Under the pieces are notes generated by a model, which saw nothing but the letters and a program-made list of their open reading frames with translations, was not told the origin of the DNA and did no database searches. From a virus (taxonomy: Duplodnaviria; Caudoviricetes): a DNA stretch of 64,000 nucleotides. The position numbers and the translations under genes are program-made. Numbering within the stretch: position 1 is the first letter of the stretch; each line of letters begins with the position of its first letter. Of this stretch, positions 27,331 through 38,223 are shown piece by piece. The DNA is taken from the IMG/VR virus record IMGVR_UViG_3300033066_002315, positions 21 to 64,020 of that record. One strand, given 5' to 3'.

Positions 27331-29427
27331 GTGTCCGAGAAATCCGCGTCCATCAAGCTCACGCTCAATAAGTCCAGCTTCAAAGACGGCGTGAAGGACG
27401 CCGAAAAAGACGTCAAGTCGTTCGGCGAGCAGGCGCGCGGCGCGCTCAACCGCGCTTTCAAAGACGGGATCAAGGGCAGCGACGAGGCGATCAAGGGCAT
27501 GTTCAACACGATCAAGAGCGGGCTCGTCGCCTTCTCGGGGATCGGGGGCATGCTCGGCACGACGGAGCTGATCCGTGCGGGCATGACCACGCAGGGCGTC
27601 TTCAAGGGGATCGCCGTCGGCATGCGCGCCGGCACCGGCGAGGCCCAGAACTTCCGCGACCTCATGGAGGACGGCACCAACGCAGCTACGAAGTGGGGGA
27701 AGGACGTCGACGAGCTCGGCCACGCGATGAAGCGCGTCTGGGAGGAGACCGGCGACAAGGACTTCACGAAGGACTCGATCAACACGATCGCGATGGTCTC
27801 GCGCGCGAGCCGCGAGAGCGTCGGCATGATCGGCGAGCTCTCCGGCTCGCTTCACGAGAAGTTCGGGATCACCAATGGCGAGCTGGAAGGGACGCTCGCG
27901 GCGGTGCTCTCGCTCGGCAACAAGGGCGGCGTGACCGTCGAGGAGCTGTCGCAGCGGATCGGCTTCATCGGCTCCGTCGCGCGCGAGGCCGGCTTCAACG
28001 GGCAGGCTGGCTTCCAGAAGATGCTCGGCCTCCTCAACATGGCCGACGACGGCGGCAAGAATTTGCGCAAGAACCTCGGCGCGGTGAGCCAGGTGCTCCT
28101 CGAGCTCGGCAACAAGACCGAGCGCGCCAAGCTCGCGATGAAGCTCGGCATGGACCCGAGCGCGATGAAGGGCGACGCGACCGAGATGATCGGCCAGATC
28201 ATGAAGGCCACCGGCGGCAAGCGCGAGAAGCTCGAGACCGCGTTCACCGGCGAGGCGCTCGCCTTCATGCTCGACTTGGGCAAGCAGTACAGCAAGGCCT
28301 TCGACGACGCGAAGGGCGACACCAAGACGAAGACGAAGGCGGCCGTCGACGCGTACACCGAGTCGCTCAACAAGGCCTCGCAGAGCCAACTCTCCGCGAC
28401 GGACCTCAACGAGATGGCCGCCGACTCGATGAAGGACGGCCCCGCGAAGATGGAGGCCGCGATGCAGAAGATGCGCGCGGCCTTCCTGCGGCCCGAGATC
28501 AGCGACGCGATCGGAAAGCTCGCGGACGTGCTGCCCAAGCTCGTCGAGATGCTCGGGTCAGTCGTCGGCTTCGCGGCGGAGCACCCGATCGCCGCGGGCG
28601 CGATGGCCGTTGGCGGCATGGGCGCGAAGGGCATGATCGGCGGGATGGGCTCCTCGCTCCTGTCCGCGGGCATGGGCGGGCTCACGCAGAGCATCGCCAG
28701 CGCGCTCGGCGCGGGCGGCGCGGTGGCAGGGCAGACCGCCGGCGCGGGCGTCGCCGCGGGCCTCGCGGGCGCGGCGCCGGGGGCGGGGAGCGCGCTTGGC
28801 GGGAGCCTCGCCGCGGTCGCGTCGCCCCTCATGGCGAACGCGCTGGCGATCGCCTTCGCAGCCGCGGCGATTGCGGCGCTCGACACGTATCAGGAGAACG
28901 ACAAGAAATCGAAGGGGCACGGCGGGGAATACTCGATGCTCAACGTCCGCCGAAATCTCGGTAAGGCCAACGAATGGCTGGGGATGGATGCTGACTCGTG
29001 GATGGGGCTTCCGGGCGGCATCGGCGAAGAGGACTACTGGAAGCAGCGCGCGAAGCTCACCGGCGAGAGCAACCGCTACTCGACAGCCGACGACGCCGAG
29101 GCCGCGATGAAGCGCAAAGAGGCGCGGCAGGTCGGGCACGAAGGCGACGAGCAGGCGATGGGCGCGAGCTTCAGCGAGGAAGCCCTCTTCTCCGACGGCG
29201 GTGCGAGCGAGAGCCCGTACGTGCTCGGCCCGCTCGCCGCGCTCGCGAAGCCCACCCCGAAAGCAGCGACGACGCACGCGCAGCCGAAGAGCGCGGAGGA
29301 CATGCGCCTTCTCGCGCAGATGCTCGGCGGCGAGCTGAAAGTGCGCGTGATGAACCCCGAGCAGCTCCGCGAGGGCAGCGCCGGAGGCGGCAGCCCGCGC
29401 CCCGGGTACGTGCCCAAAGAGCAATGA
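27331..29427 (+). CDS. Tape measure protein
   Basis: Ala/Gly/Met-rich helical 698 aa after the chaperone. Confidence 0.9.
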   Translation: MSEKSASIKLTLNKSSFKDGVKDAEKDVKSFGEQARGALNRAFKDGIKGSDEAIKGMFNTIKSGLVAFSGIGGMLGTTELIRAGMTTQGVFKGIAVGMRAGTGEAQNFRDLMEDGTNAATKWGKDVDELGHAMKRVWEETGDKDFTKDSINTIAMVSRASRESVGMIGELSGSLHEKFGITNGELEGTLAAVLSLGNKGGVTVEELSQRIGFIGSVAREAGFNGQAGFQKMLGLLNMADDGGKNLRKNLGAVSQVLLELGNKTERAKLAMKLGMDPSAMKGDATEMIGQIMKATGGKREKLETAFTGEALAFMLDLGKQYSKAFDDAKGDTKTKTKAAVDAYTESLNKASQSQLSATDLNEMAADSMKDGPAKMEAAMQKMRAAFLRPEISDAIGKLADVLPKLVEMLGSVVGFAAEHPIAAGAMAVGGMGAKGMIGGMGSSLLSAGMGGLTQSIASALGAGGAVAGQTAGAGVAAGLAGAAPGAGSALGGSLAAVASPLMANALAIAFAAAAIAALDTYQENDKKSKGHGGEYSMLNVRRNLGKANEWLGMDADSWMGLPGGIGEEDYWKQRAKLTGESNRYSTADDAEAAMKRKEARQVGHEGDEQAMGASFSEEALFSDGGASESPYVLGPLAALAKPTPKAATTHAQPKSAEDMRLLAQMLGGELKVRVMNPEQLREGSAGGGSPRPGYVPKEQ

Positions 29428-29454
29428 CCGGCGCACCGCGGTAGGATCGCCGGC

Positions 29455-30435
29455 ATGGCTGCAGACACCGAGGTGATGCCCAAGTTTGCCGTCGCGACGT
29501 GGACGTGCGCCGGCGCGCTCCCGATCCCGATCGCCGTGGTGAGCGTGACGAAGGAGATCGAGAACGGGCTCGTGAAGCAGCGCCGCCCGTACCGCAAGGG
29601 CGCGAAGCTCGACAACATGTCGCGCGAGACGATCGTATGGACGATCGAAGCGTGGTTCTTCAACGGCTGCGAAGAGGAGGGGATCCCGTACACGGGCTAC
29701 TACCCCGCGTACCTCAACGCGCTCGAGGCGAGCATCGAGGTCGAGCAAACCGGCACGCTCACCATCGGGCGCGACGGGCCGAAGCGCGGGCAGCTCAAGC
29801 ACCTTCGCACCGCGGAGACCGCCGACCAACGCGATTGCGCCGTCGTGCAGATCACGTTCTGGGAGGACACCGAGGACACCACCACGAGCGCGACCTTCGC
29901 GCCGACCGCGACGAGCGAGGTCCCCGTGCTCGCGGATGTCGTCGGCGAGCTCTCGCTCGACACCGGCGTCTGGAGCGACGACGTGATCGCGTTCGGCGAA
30001 GCGATGGGTTCGCTTGCGACGGTGATCTCGACGCCGGATGATCTGCTCGCCGATGCGCTCGCCACCGCGGGCCGCGTGATCCAGCTCGCGCAGCTCATCG
30101 AGGATGAGTTCTCGATCTTCTACGATCAGAGCGTGCCCGACGGAGCGCGCCTCGCGCTCGACCCCGATGCGGCCCCGCTGGTGATGGCGCTGCGCCGCTC
30201 GCAGGACCGTGCCGCGCGCGCGCGCGCCACCCTTCTCGAACGTGTACCCACGCGGGCGCCGGTCACCTTCGGGACCGTCGTCTCGATCTTCCAGGTCGCC
30301 GCGCAGTACAACCAGGACATCGAGGATCTGATCTCGATGAACACCGGCAACCTCGACCCGGGCACCTTCTACGCGATCCCGATCGGTCACCCCGTGACGA
30401 TCGATCCCTCGCGTACCTCTGCGAGCACCACGTGA
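29455..30435 (+). CDS. Mu gpN-like (DNA circularisation N-terminal domain) tail protein with LysM-like C-terminus
   Basis: LVKQRRPYRKGAKLDNMSRE..W pattern; C-terminal SIFQVAAQY...LISMN...IPIG. Confidence 0.7.
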   Translation: MAADTEVMPKFAVATWTCAGALPIPIAVVSVTKEIENGLVKQRRPYRKGAKLDNMSRETIVWTIEAWFFNGCEEEGIPYTGYYPAYLNALEASIEVEQTGTLTIGRDGPKRGQLKHLRTAETADQRDCAVVQITFWEDTEDTTTSATFAPTATSEVPVLADVVGELSLDTGVWSDDVIAFGEAMGSLATVISTPDDLLADALATAGRVIQLAQLIEDEFSIFYDQSVPDGARLALDPDAAPLVMALRRSQDRAARARATLLERVPTRAPVTFGTVVSIFQVAAQYNQDIEDLISMNTGNLDPGTFYAIPIGHPVTIDPSRTSASTT

Positions 30436-31568
30436 GCACGCGCGCGCGCGATCAGGTCCGCGTGATCACCGACGAGGGCGAGTTCACGGCGTTCAAGTCG
30501 ATCGAGCTGGCGCACGACTTCGCCGAGGTGGCGAGTTGCACATTCGCCTTCGGCGACGATGGGAGCTGGCGCACCGTCGCGCGCATCGTGCAGCCGGGCC
30601 GCGCCGTGCGCGTCTCGCTCAACGGCTACCGCATCTTCACCGGGCGCTTCGAGGCGCACAGCGAGCCGACCTCCTCCGCGCAGGGGATGCAGATCCACGT
30701 GACCGCGCGCACGAAACTCTCTGACGCGCGCGTGGGATCCGCAGATCCTGGGCTCACCTTCAAGAACACGACGCTCAAGGCCTTCCTCCTCAAGCTGTTC
30801 GCGCCGCTCGGGTACGGGCCCAACGACTTCCAATTCGCGGCCGCTGCCGATCGCAACCTGCAGACCGGCAAGCGCCCCGGCTACGCCAAGCCCGTGGACC
30901 TCGAACCGATCAAGTTCGACCAGCTCAAGGTGAACCCCCCCGAGACGATCTGGGAGTGCGGCTCGCGCGTGCTGAAGTGGCATCACCTGATGATGTGGGA
31001 CGGGGCCGATGGGCGGATCATCGTCGGCCGGCCCGACGACACGCAGTCGCCGCTCTACGAGTTCCGCTGCTACCGAGGCGCCGGGAGCGAAGGGAACAAC
31101 ATCCTTTCGATCCGCCCGAGCGTCGATTGGAGCGAGCAGCCCGGCGAGATCTGGGTCTACGGGCACACGCCCGGATCCGACGTGCGCAAGAGCCGCAACC
31201 GCGGCGTCGCCGTGGATCTCGACGTCGCAGCGGAGTTCGCGCGCAGCGGCAACTTCAACCGTCGCGTGATCATCCCTTCCGACGGCGCGAAGAGCTCGGG
31301 CTACGCGCAGGCGCAGGCGCGTCGCGAGATGGCTGCGCGCTCGAAGGCCAAGCTCGCATGGGAGGTCGAGGCCGACGGCTGGAGCCAGTGGCAGGGCACG
31401 AGGGGCTCGATCACCTTCGCGATCAACACCGTCGCGAACGTCGACTCGAACGTGCATCCGGGCCTCGGCGGGCCGTTCATGATCCACAACGTGCAGCGGT
31501 CTCTCTCCGCCGAGGATGGCCCGAAGACGAAGCTCCAGCTCGTCGCGCGCGGCGTCTACGACATCTGA
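30432..31568 (+). CDS. Baseplate hub protein (Mu gp44/P-like)
   Basis: Size, synteny, PPETIWE...MMWDGADG motif. Confidence 0.8.
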   Translation: MSTRARDQVRVITDEGEFTAFKSIELAHDFAEVASCTFAFGDDGSWRTVARIVQPGRAVRVSLNGYRIFTGRFEAHSEPTSSAQGMQIHVTARTKLSDARVGSADPGLTFKNTTLKAFLLKLFAPLGYGPNDFQFAAAADRNLQTGKRPGYAKPVDLEPIKFDQLKVNPPETIWECGSRVLKWHHLMMWDGADGRIIVGRPDDTQSPLYEFRCYRGAGSEGNNILSIRPSVDWSEQPGEIWVYGHTPGSDVRKSRNRGVAVDLDVAAEFARSGNFNRRVIIPSDGAKSSGYAQAQARREMAARSKAKLAWEVEADGWSQWQGTRGSITFAINTVANVDSNVHPGLGGPFMIHNVQRSLSAEDGPKTKLQLVARGVYDI

Positions 31569-31586
31569 TCGCGCTACCCTCGCCGC

Positions 31587-32366
31587 ATGGCGATCTCGCT
31601 CTTCGATCGGATCTTCGCCTTCGTCGACATCGCGGCCTCGTCGCTCGGTGCAGGAGGCTCGGGCTCGGTGCTCGTGAACCTCCGCGCGCTCAACGCCAGC
31701 GACACAGACGTGGACGCCGAGCAGGTGACCGGCGCCGAGCTCTACGGCGTGACCGGCTTCCTCTTCCGCCCGCGGGATCAGGACGTCGACGGCGCGGCCG
31801 AGGGCATCGCCGCTCGCCTCGACGCTGGGATGATCGGCGTGGCCTCCCGCGATCTCCGGGTCTGGAAGGCGCGCGGCGCGCTCGACAAGGGATCGATCTC
31901 GATGGCCGGCTACTCCGGCGCGCACATCACGATCCTCGACGCGCGCGCGGGCACCACCAAGGGGCGAACCGAGACGCGGCAGCCGACGCAATTGAACAGC
32001 ACCGCGCCGCACGTGCTCGCCCTCGACGGTGCGATCGGCGCCGAGGTGATCACCGTGCATCACGCGCTCGGGCACGAGATCACCATGGACCAGACCGGCA
32101 AGGTCACGATCTCCGGGCAGGCCGGCGTGACCACGCTCCAGCTCACCGACGCGGGCGGCGTGGTGATCACGAAGGGCGGCGGCGCGCAGCCCGTCGTGCT
32201 CGAGACGCTCCTCGTCTCCCTCCTCAACCAGATCACGGCCGCGCTCGCGCAGGCGAAAGCCGCAGGCGCGACACCATCGGCAGCAGCGATCGCCGCCGGC
32301 CTCTCCGCGATCAACGTGCCCACCGTGGGCACCGTGGGCAGCTCGGCCCTCTCGGCGAGCCCGTAG
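31587..32366 (+). CDS. Baseplate spike protein (Mu gp45/gpV-like)
   Basis: OB-fold-like N-half, beta-helix-like C-half; synteny. Confidence 0.7.
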   Translation: MAISLFDRIFAFVDIAASSLGAGGSGSVLVNLRALNASDTDVDAEQVTGAELYGVTGFLFRPRDQDVDGAAEGIAARLDAGMIGVASRDLRVWKARGALDKGSISMAGYSGAHITILDARAGTTKGRTETRQPTQLNSTAPHVLALDGAIGAEVITVHHALGHEITMDQTGKVTISGQAGVTTLQLTDAGGVVITKGGGAQPVVLETLLVSLLNQITAALAQAKAAGATPSAAAIAAGLSAINVPTVGTVGSSALSASP

Positions 32367-32464
32367 AGGAAAGCCCCGGAGCGCATCACGTGCCCGTACG
32401 CGATGCGCCCCAGGGCCGAGGACGAACGTAGCCGCGATCGCAGCGTGCGCGCTACCCTCCTCGG

Positions 32465-32917
32465 GTGACCCTCGGCATCCTGAGCAAACCGGCCGTCGGC
32501 TCCCCGCTCTCGTTGTGGGAGCCTCCGGATCCGACGGTGGTCCTCTCCGCGAGCTACCTCGTCGACGCGATCGATCCTCTGACCGGCGAGGTACAGAGCC
32601 TCACAACCGGGATGGACCCCACCGACGCGGCTCTGCTCACGCAGCTCCGCACCGTGCGCGGCAGCGGCGCGTCGGTGCTCGAAGATGGGCACAACCTCGA
32701 CAGGATCGAGAACAACAACGGCGACGCGAAGGCCCGGATCGTCTTCGAACTGCAGCGGTTGGTGCAGCCCTTCCTCGACCGACGCGAGATCCAGCTTGAG
32801 CGCCCGATCGCAGATAGCGTCGACGCGGGCGAGGCCGAGGGCGACACCGCAGCGGCCGAGATCCTGTACGTGAATCTGAGAACCCGGGAGAAGCGCTCGA
32901 TCCCGGTCACGAGGTAG
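32465..32917 (+). CDS. Baseplate wedge protein (Mu gp46/gp25-like)
   Basis: Size and synteny; LQRLVQPFLD pattern. Confidence 0.6.
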   Translation: MTLGILSKPAVGSPLSLWEPPDPTVVLSASYLVDAIDPLTGEVQSLTTGMDPTDAALLTQLRTVRGSGASVLEDGHNLDRIENNNGDAKARIVFELQRLVQPFLDRREIQLERPIADSVDAGEAEGDTAAAEILYVNLRTREKRSIPVTR

Positions 32918-32922
32918 AGCCC

Positions 32923-34506
32923 ATGGCGACGGTGGCGACGAACGATCGGATCTTCCCCACGAGACTACGCGGCGAGCTCCGCGAGGACATGCTCACGAGC
33001 TTCCGCGTCGGCGCGCGCAAGCTCGTCGACCCGCGCACGGGCCAGCCCTTCACCGACGCGGAGATCGCCGCGGCGACCGCGAAGCAGTCGCCGAAATACA
33101 TCGAGGCCGACGGGCTCGATCTCGTGCTCCAGCTCGAGCAAGCTCGCGCCCTCTGGCTTGCAGATCAGGTGCAGCAGAATCGCGCGTCGACGAAATTCCT
33201 CACCGACTTCCACGGACCGACTTGGGGGCTCTCGTATCTGCCCGCGTCGGGCGGCAGCGGAGACGTCACCGCGCCCTGCGCGCCGGGCAGCACCTTCCTC
33301 GGATCTACGACGCTCGGATCGGCAACGGCAGCCGTCGCGCGCGACCAGGCCGGGAAGAGCTATCAAGTCCTCTACACCGCGACGAGCGCTCTCGACGGAA
33401 GCCCGGCGACGCTCACCCTTGCCGCGCTCGATGGTGGTGAGGACACCAACCTCGCGGTCAACGCCGAGCTGCAATGGAGTCTCAACGCACCGATTGGGGT
33501 GCAGGGCCCGGCCAAGGTCGCGACGCAGTTCCTCGGCGGCACGAGCAAGGAGACCGACGCGCAGTTCGTGCGGCGGCTGCAGCGCCGCATCCGGCACAAG
33601 GGCGGCTCCGGCAACCGCGGCGAGCTCTGCGCGTGGGCCGAGGCGTACTCGAACGCGCTCGACGTGGCCTTCGCCTACAGCTCGATCCTCTATGCGGGCA
33701 CCGGGCTGATCGTGCCGCTCCTGAAGCGCGCGTCGAACGTGCGCGGCCCGAACGGGCGCATCCCTGGGCTCGCGCTCCTCGCGCAGCTCACCGCGTACCT
33801 CGTGCCCCCCGCGTCGCCCGTCGTGCCCGATCTCGGCCTGCTATGGGTCGCACCGCCCGTCGCCACGTCGACCGACTTCGTGATCTCGCTCGCGATGCCC
33901 ACCGGCACCGACGCGGGCTATGCCGACCCGAACCCGTGGCCGGTGCAGGCTGGCGGCATCGCGGTCTCGATCACCGCGCTCACCAACCAGACGCACTTTC
34001 AGATCCAGTGCAACACGGGGCTCCCGCTCGGCGTGACCGCGCCGAAGATGATGGTGTGGAACATCGACGACTCGAGCTTCGAGCAGCTCAACGTCACCAG
34101 CGTCACGCTCAGCGGCGGCATCACCTACGACGTCGTGCTCGGCTCGGCGCCGTCGGCGACGCTCTCGGTCGGCGCGTTCCTCTCGCCTTACAGCGCGCTC
34201 GCCGACACCACCGCCGACACCGTGCAGACCTACTTCGACGATCTCGGCCCTGGCGAGGTCGTGGACGTGAGCGGGACGAGCATCGATCCTCGCCGCGCGC
34301 GCGGGTACCGCTTCATCGTGCCGAACGAGGCGTACCCATCGCGCGCGGGCGCGAAGGTGATCTCGTATCTGGAAGAGGCGCTCGTCGGCAGCTTCGTCGA
34401 CGGCAAGCTCGAGAGCGCGAGCATGGAGACCCCGACCGTGCCGACCGATCCTCTCGACGGTCCGGGCCTGCTCGTCGCTGGCAAGGTGATGCTCTCGCCG
34501 CTCTGA
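32923..34506 (+). CDS. Baseplate J-like protein (Mu gp47)
   Basis: GG...ETDAQFVRRL...GGSGN motif. Confidence 0.85.
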   Translation: MATVATNDRIFPTRLRGELREDMLTSFRVGARKLVDPRTGQPFTDAEIAAATAKQSPKYIEADGLDLVLQLEQARALWLADQVQQNRASTKFLTDFHGPTWGLSYLPASGGSGDVTAPCAPGSTFLGSTTLGSATAAVARDQAGKSYQVLYTATSALDGSPATLTLAALDGGEDTNLAVNAELQWSLNAPIGVQGPAKVATQFLGGTSKETDAQFVRRLQRRIRHKGGSGNRGELCAWAEAYSNALDVAFAYSSILYAGTGLIVPLLKRASNVRGPNGRIPGLALLAQLTAYLVPPASPVVPDLGLLWVAPPVATSTDFVISLAMPTGTDAGYADPNPWPVQAGGIAVSITALTNQTHFQIQCNTGLPLGVTAPKMMVWNIDDSSFEQLNVTSVTLSGGITYDVVLGSAPSATLSVGAFLSPYSALADTTADTVQTYFDDLGPGEVVDVSGTSIDPRRARGYRFIVPNEAYPSRAGAKVISYLEEALVGSFVDGKLESASMETPTVPTDPLDGPGLLVAGKVMLSPL

Positions 34507-34537
34507 CCGCTCGCCGCGATCGCGGTATGCTCCGCGC

Positions 34538-35002
34538 ATGTCCGGCTTCCCCAACTACCCCTCCCGCGATGCGTTCGGCCCGACGATGGACCTGACGCGA
34601 GAGATCAACCCGCGGAGGGACATCGGGGGCCAGCGCTTCAACCTCACATGGTGGCAGCTCGCGGGGTGCGGTCTCATGGTCCCGCGCGCGTGGGTACTCG
34701 TCGCAGCGAACGGCACGCGCATCGCGTCGGCAGAGAGCTGGAATCCAAACCAGGAGAGCTCGCTCCATCCGACGACGGCGAAGATCGGGACCGGCGCATA
34801 CACGATCACCTTCGCGGCGTCGGCGCCGGACGAAGAGGGCGTGACGCGCCTGCTCGGCCTGCGCGCCGTCGGCGTCTTCGTGCAGTCGACCACGCTGGGC
34901 GATCACGGCGTCGGCTCGGTCTCGGGCGGCAACGTCGCCACCATCGCGACCGGATCCGGCACGACCGCCGGCGATCAGTCGTTCCTCGCCGTGCTCTGGT
35001 GA
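34538..35002 (+). CDS. Hypothetical baseplate-region protein
   Basis: ORF with TATGCT-N6-ATG. Confidence 0.65.
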   Translation: MSGFPNYPSRDAFGPTMDLTREINPRRDIGGQRFNLTWWQLAGCGLMVPRAWVLVAANGTRIASAESWNPNQESSLHPTTAKIGTGAYTITFAASAPDEEGVTRLLGLRAVGVFVQSTTLGDHGVGSVSGGNVATIATGSGTTAGDQSFLAVLW

Positions 35003-35005
35003 TGC

Positions 35006-35737
35006 ATGGCAACCGGCGATCTCAACCCGCTTCCGTTCCGCACCGGCGGCGAGGACACGCCGACCATGCGCGTCTACAAGGCGCTGGTGAGCGCCGCAGG
35101 CAAGGGCGGCAGCGGCCCCGCGGACGGCCTGCGCGAGCTTTGGCGCCTCTGCATCGCGCGCGCGATCGCGGATGCTGGGGACGCGAAGGATCTCGCCGCG
35201 CTCCAGGCGTGGCCGAGCACCATGACCGTCGTGCTCCCCGAGCAAGAGCGTTTCCTGCATCTCCCTGTCGGCCCCAATGACGTAGCGCGCCGCGCGGCGG
35301 TCGGCGGCGCGCTCACGTACCAGGCGTCGGCCACGGGCCCGAACCTCGGCGCCGAACTGCGCGAGATCGATCCCGCGTTCACGATCGAAAAGGTCCCGTG
35401 GGAGTCGATTTCCGTGGTGATGCCTGGTCGCGTCTTCGCACCGCTGCCGGGCGCGAGCGGGCCAGCCTTCGGCGTGGGCCAAGCCGCAGACGTCAAGAGC
35501 GCTGCGTGGGCCAACTACTCGGACGCCTTCGTGCTCCGCGTGCGGTACTCCCTCACCGAAGGCGTGATCGAGATCCCAGCTCTCGCCGAGGTGCAGGCGA
35601 GCGCCATCCTGAACGAGCTGCTCCCGTGGCACATGGGCTTCGAGCTCTACGTCTGCACGTCCGGCGCCGAGGGCGATGGCTTCTACCTCGATGGAGGCGA
35701 CGACGGCTCCTCGCTCCTCGGAGCGACCGCCCTGTGA
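35006..35737 (+). CDS. Baseplate wedge protein (Mu gp48/YmfQ-like)
   Basis: LPEQERFL.L.....D..RR and LNELLPWH motifs. Confidence 0.7.
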   Translation: MATGDLNPLPFRTGGEDTPTMRVYKALVSAAGKGGSGPADGLRELWRLCIARAIADAGDAKDLAALQAWPSTMTVVLPEQERFLHLPVGPNDVARRAAVGGALTYQASATGPNLGAELREIDPAFTIEKVPWESISVVMPGRVFAPLPGASGPAFGVGQAADVKSAAWANYSDAFVLRVRYSLTEGVIEIPALAEVQASAILNELLPWHMGFELYVCTSGAEGDGFYLDGGDDGSSLLGATAL

Positions 35738-35775
35738 TGTAGCGCCCTCGCGCGCGCTCGGCCTATGCTTCCCCC

Positions 35776-37059
35776 GTGGCGAACTTCACGCTGATTCGGG
35801 CGCTGGGCTGGGCACTCAAGAGCCGTCTCTGGAATTACGAGATCCAAGAGATCGACACCCGCATCACCAAGACCATCAACGCAGCCGACGGGAGCTCGCA
35901 CGCGCCATCGAGCCAGATCGTCGTCCATGGCAGCGGCATGGAGATCACACCGCTCGAGAGCACCGATGCGGATCTCGACATCGGCAGCGGGCACGCCGTG
36001 GATTTCCTCTCCGGCTCGGAGCTGATCCTTCGCAGCGGCGCGGCCCTCTCGGCGAGGACTGGATCTACCGTCGGCCTCTACGGCGCCACCGCCGTCGCAG
36101 ATGGCGGGGCGGGCGGCACGAACGGGACGTTGTATATCGGCTTCGCCGTCCTCGGTGATGGGCATCTGATCGTCACGCAGTACGGCGACCTCACCGTGCA
36201 GAGCGGGGCCGCGGTCGCCTTCGACGCTGGCTCAGCGGTGAGCGATCGCGGCACGTGGACGATCGGGCAGGACTCCGCATGGTCGCGCAGCGGCGCGAGC
36301 GGGCACCTCGCGACCGAGACCTTCGGCGACTACTCGACGCTCACGTTCTCTGGCTCTGGCGCGAACGGCGGGCAGCTCATCATCGCGGCGAACGGCAAGC
36401 TCAACCTGAACCTCGGCGCGACGAGCACGTGGGCGAACGGATCGACCATCACCGACAACGGGGCGGCGCTCACGAAGACCGCGGGCACGTGGGCCTTCAA
36501 CGGCAGCTCGATCATTTCGCTGGCGGGCACGAGCAAGATCGCCGTCGGGAGCACCGCGACGATCGACTTCACCAGCGGGGCCGAGCTGACCGGCACGATG
36601 CTGATCCCGTCGTCGGCGACGTTCAACCTGCACGCAGATCTGAACCGCCAGGGCGCCGACATCCCCTTCGGCTCCACCGCGTATCGCGCGCATCGTGTAG
36701 AGCTGACGCTGCCGGCCGGTGGGGGATCGTTCACTCCGACGACTTCGGAGACGTACTACCTTCCGACGATCCCCTCCGGCGGAAGCGACATCGTGTTGAC
36801 GCTCGGAACGCCGAGCAAGCCGATCGACGTCTACTTCTATTCGCGAAACGTCGGCGACGCGCTCGCCCTCGGGCACGACTACATCATCAAGGCGAACAGC
36901 GGCCCCACCGAGCTCGCCAGGTTCAGGAACTTCTACTACTCCCCTGGCGTGCTCGGCTTCCGCTACACCGGCTCGACGTGGATCGTGATCTGCGCGATGG
37001 CAGACGGCGCGGAATACAACAACTCCACGGGCGGCACGGGAACGTTTGTGTGGGGCTAG
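35776..37059 (+). CDS. Tail fibre or spike protein
   Basis: Follows baseplate; Gly/Thr-rich beta-solenoid-like repeats. Confidence 0.65.
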   Translation: MANFTLIRALGWALKSRLWNYEIQEIDTRITKTINAADGSSHAPSSQIVVHGSGMEITPLESTDADLDIGSGHAVDFLSGSELILRSGAALSARTGSTVGLYGATAVADGGAGGTNGTLYIGFAVLGDGHLIVTQYGDLTVQSGAAVAFDAGSAVSDRGTWTIGQDSAWSRSGASGHLATETFGDYSTLTFSGSGANGGQLIIAANGKLNLNLGATSTWANGSTITDNGAALTKTAGTWAFNGSSIISLAGTSKIAVGSTATIDFTSGAELTGTMLIPSSATFNLHADLNRQGADIPFGSTAYRAHRVELTLPAGGGSFTPTTSETYYLPTIPSGGSDIVLTLGTPSKPIDVYFYSRNVGDALALGHDYIIKANSGPTELARFRNFYYSPGVLGFRYTGSTWIVICAMADGAEYNNSTGGTGTFVWG

Positions 37060-37310
37060 TGCCCACCGTCCGCGCACGAGCAGACCAGCGACGAAGTTCC
37101 GGACGAGCGGCACGTGCCGATGCACGAGCCGTCGTCGCTCATGCACTCGCTGCCCTCTGCTGCATTGCTGTCCGAGCAGAAGATCGGCGCGTCGCAGGCT
37201 GCTCCGCCGGGGTCGGAAAGACTGCACTCGTACGCGTCGCAGCCCACGAGCCCACCCACAGCCGACGACGCTAGTAGAACGAAAACGCCAACGATTCTAT
37301 ACGCATGCAT
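37056..37310 (-). CDS. Cys-rich lipoprotein (moron)
   Basis: Hydrophobic signal with LVG-C lipobox; 7 further Cys; SD GGAGG; antisense to tail genes. Confidence 0.6.
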   Translation of the reverse strand: MHAYRIVGVFVLLASSAVGGLVGCDAYECSLSDPGGAACDAPIFCSDSNAAEGSECMSDDGSCIGTCRSSGTSSLVCSCADGGH

Positions 37311-37431
37311 GATGATGCCCTCCGCGGTGCAACATGGCGTTCTTTGCGTCGCGTGTCGAGAGTGAACGTGCGTTGCCCTCACCCGCGAAGCGATCTGGTC
37401 GATCCGCCGATACACGCGTAGGGTTCGATCC

Positions 37432-37827
37432 ATGCCGGCGTTCATGATCGAAGCGGCGAACATCTCCGGAGGGCAAGAGATCGCGTGGACCGATCCGCCT
37501 GGCTCGTCGCTCCCGTCGCGGCTCAATCCGAACCCCCAGCATCCGCACAGCTACCGCCTCGTCACCGTGCCCGGAACGCTGGTGATCCAGGCGCGCGTTG
37601 ACGGCGTACTCGCCCCGCTCGATGCGAATCCCGTGATGGCCGGGCGCACCTTCAGCGCGACGATCGCGCGTTGGAGCGGGACCTTCCCGCCCGTCGTGAC
37701 GCAGACCGCAGGGCAGTCGAGCGAGATCACCGTGCAGCTCGGCGCCGACAACCTCGGTCATCACCTGCTCCTGGTGACGCTCTCCGACAACGGCGGCTCG
37801 ATCGGCGTGCCCTTCGACGGCACGTGA
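37432..37827 (+). CDS. Hypothetical beta-rich (Ig-like?) protein
   Basis: TAGGGT-N7-ATG; beta-strand pattern. Confidence 0.6.
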   Translation: MPAFMIEAANISGGQEIAWTDPPGSSLPSRLNPNPQHPHSYRLVTVPGTLVIQARVDGVLAPLDANPVMAGRTFSATIARWSGTFPPVVTQTAGQSSEITVQLGADNLGHHLLLVTLSDNGGSIGVPFDGT

Positions 37828-37853
37828 TCGCCCGCGCGATGTAGACTCAGCGC

Positions 37854-38210
37854 GTGGCGAAGCTCGAAGACGTCTGCCCCTCCTACGTCGGCGCGAGGCT
37901 CATCGACTTGCAGCTCGTGAAGGCGCTCGAGACGCCGCTCGCCCGTCTCCCCGTGCTCATCAGGATCGCCACGCTGGAGGAAGCGAGCACCATCGGGCTC
38001 ATGCTCCCGCTCGAGCTGCGGGTCACCGCGCCGAGTCCATCAGGCTTCATCCGCCACGTCTTCACGCGGATCGTGCCCACGCAGTTCGCCATCACCCCGC
38101 GCGAGGGAGGCAATCACCTCGTGTCGCTGCGCGAACTCGCTCATAACAGGTGGTGCGGGTCGCTCGTGATTGCCGTGCGCGGTGACGCACTCACGCTCGC
38201 CGACGCCTGA
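37854..38210 (+). CDS. Hypothetical beta-rich (Ig-like?) protein
   Basis: TAGACT-N6-GTG. Confidence 0.6.
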   Translation: MAKLEDVCPSYVGARLIDLQLVKALETPLARLPVLIRIATLEEASTIGLMLPLELRVTAPSPSGFIRHVFTRIVPTQFAITPREGGNHLVSLRELAHNRWCGSLVIAVRGDALTLADA

Positions 38211-38223
38211 TAGACTCGCGCCC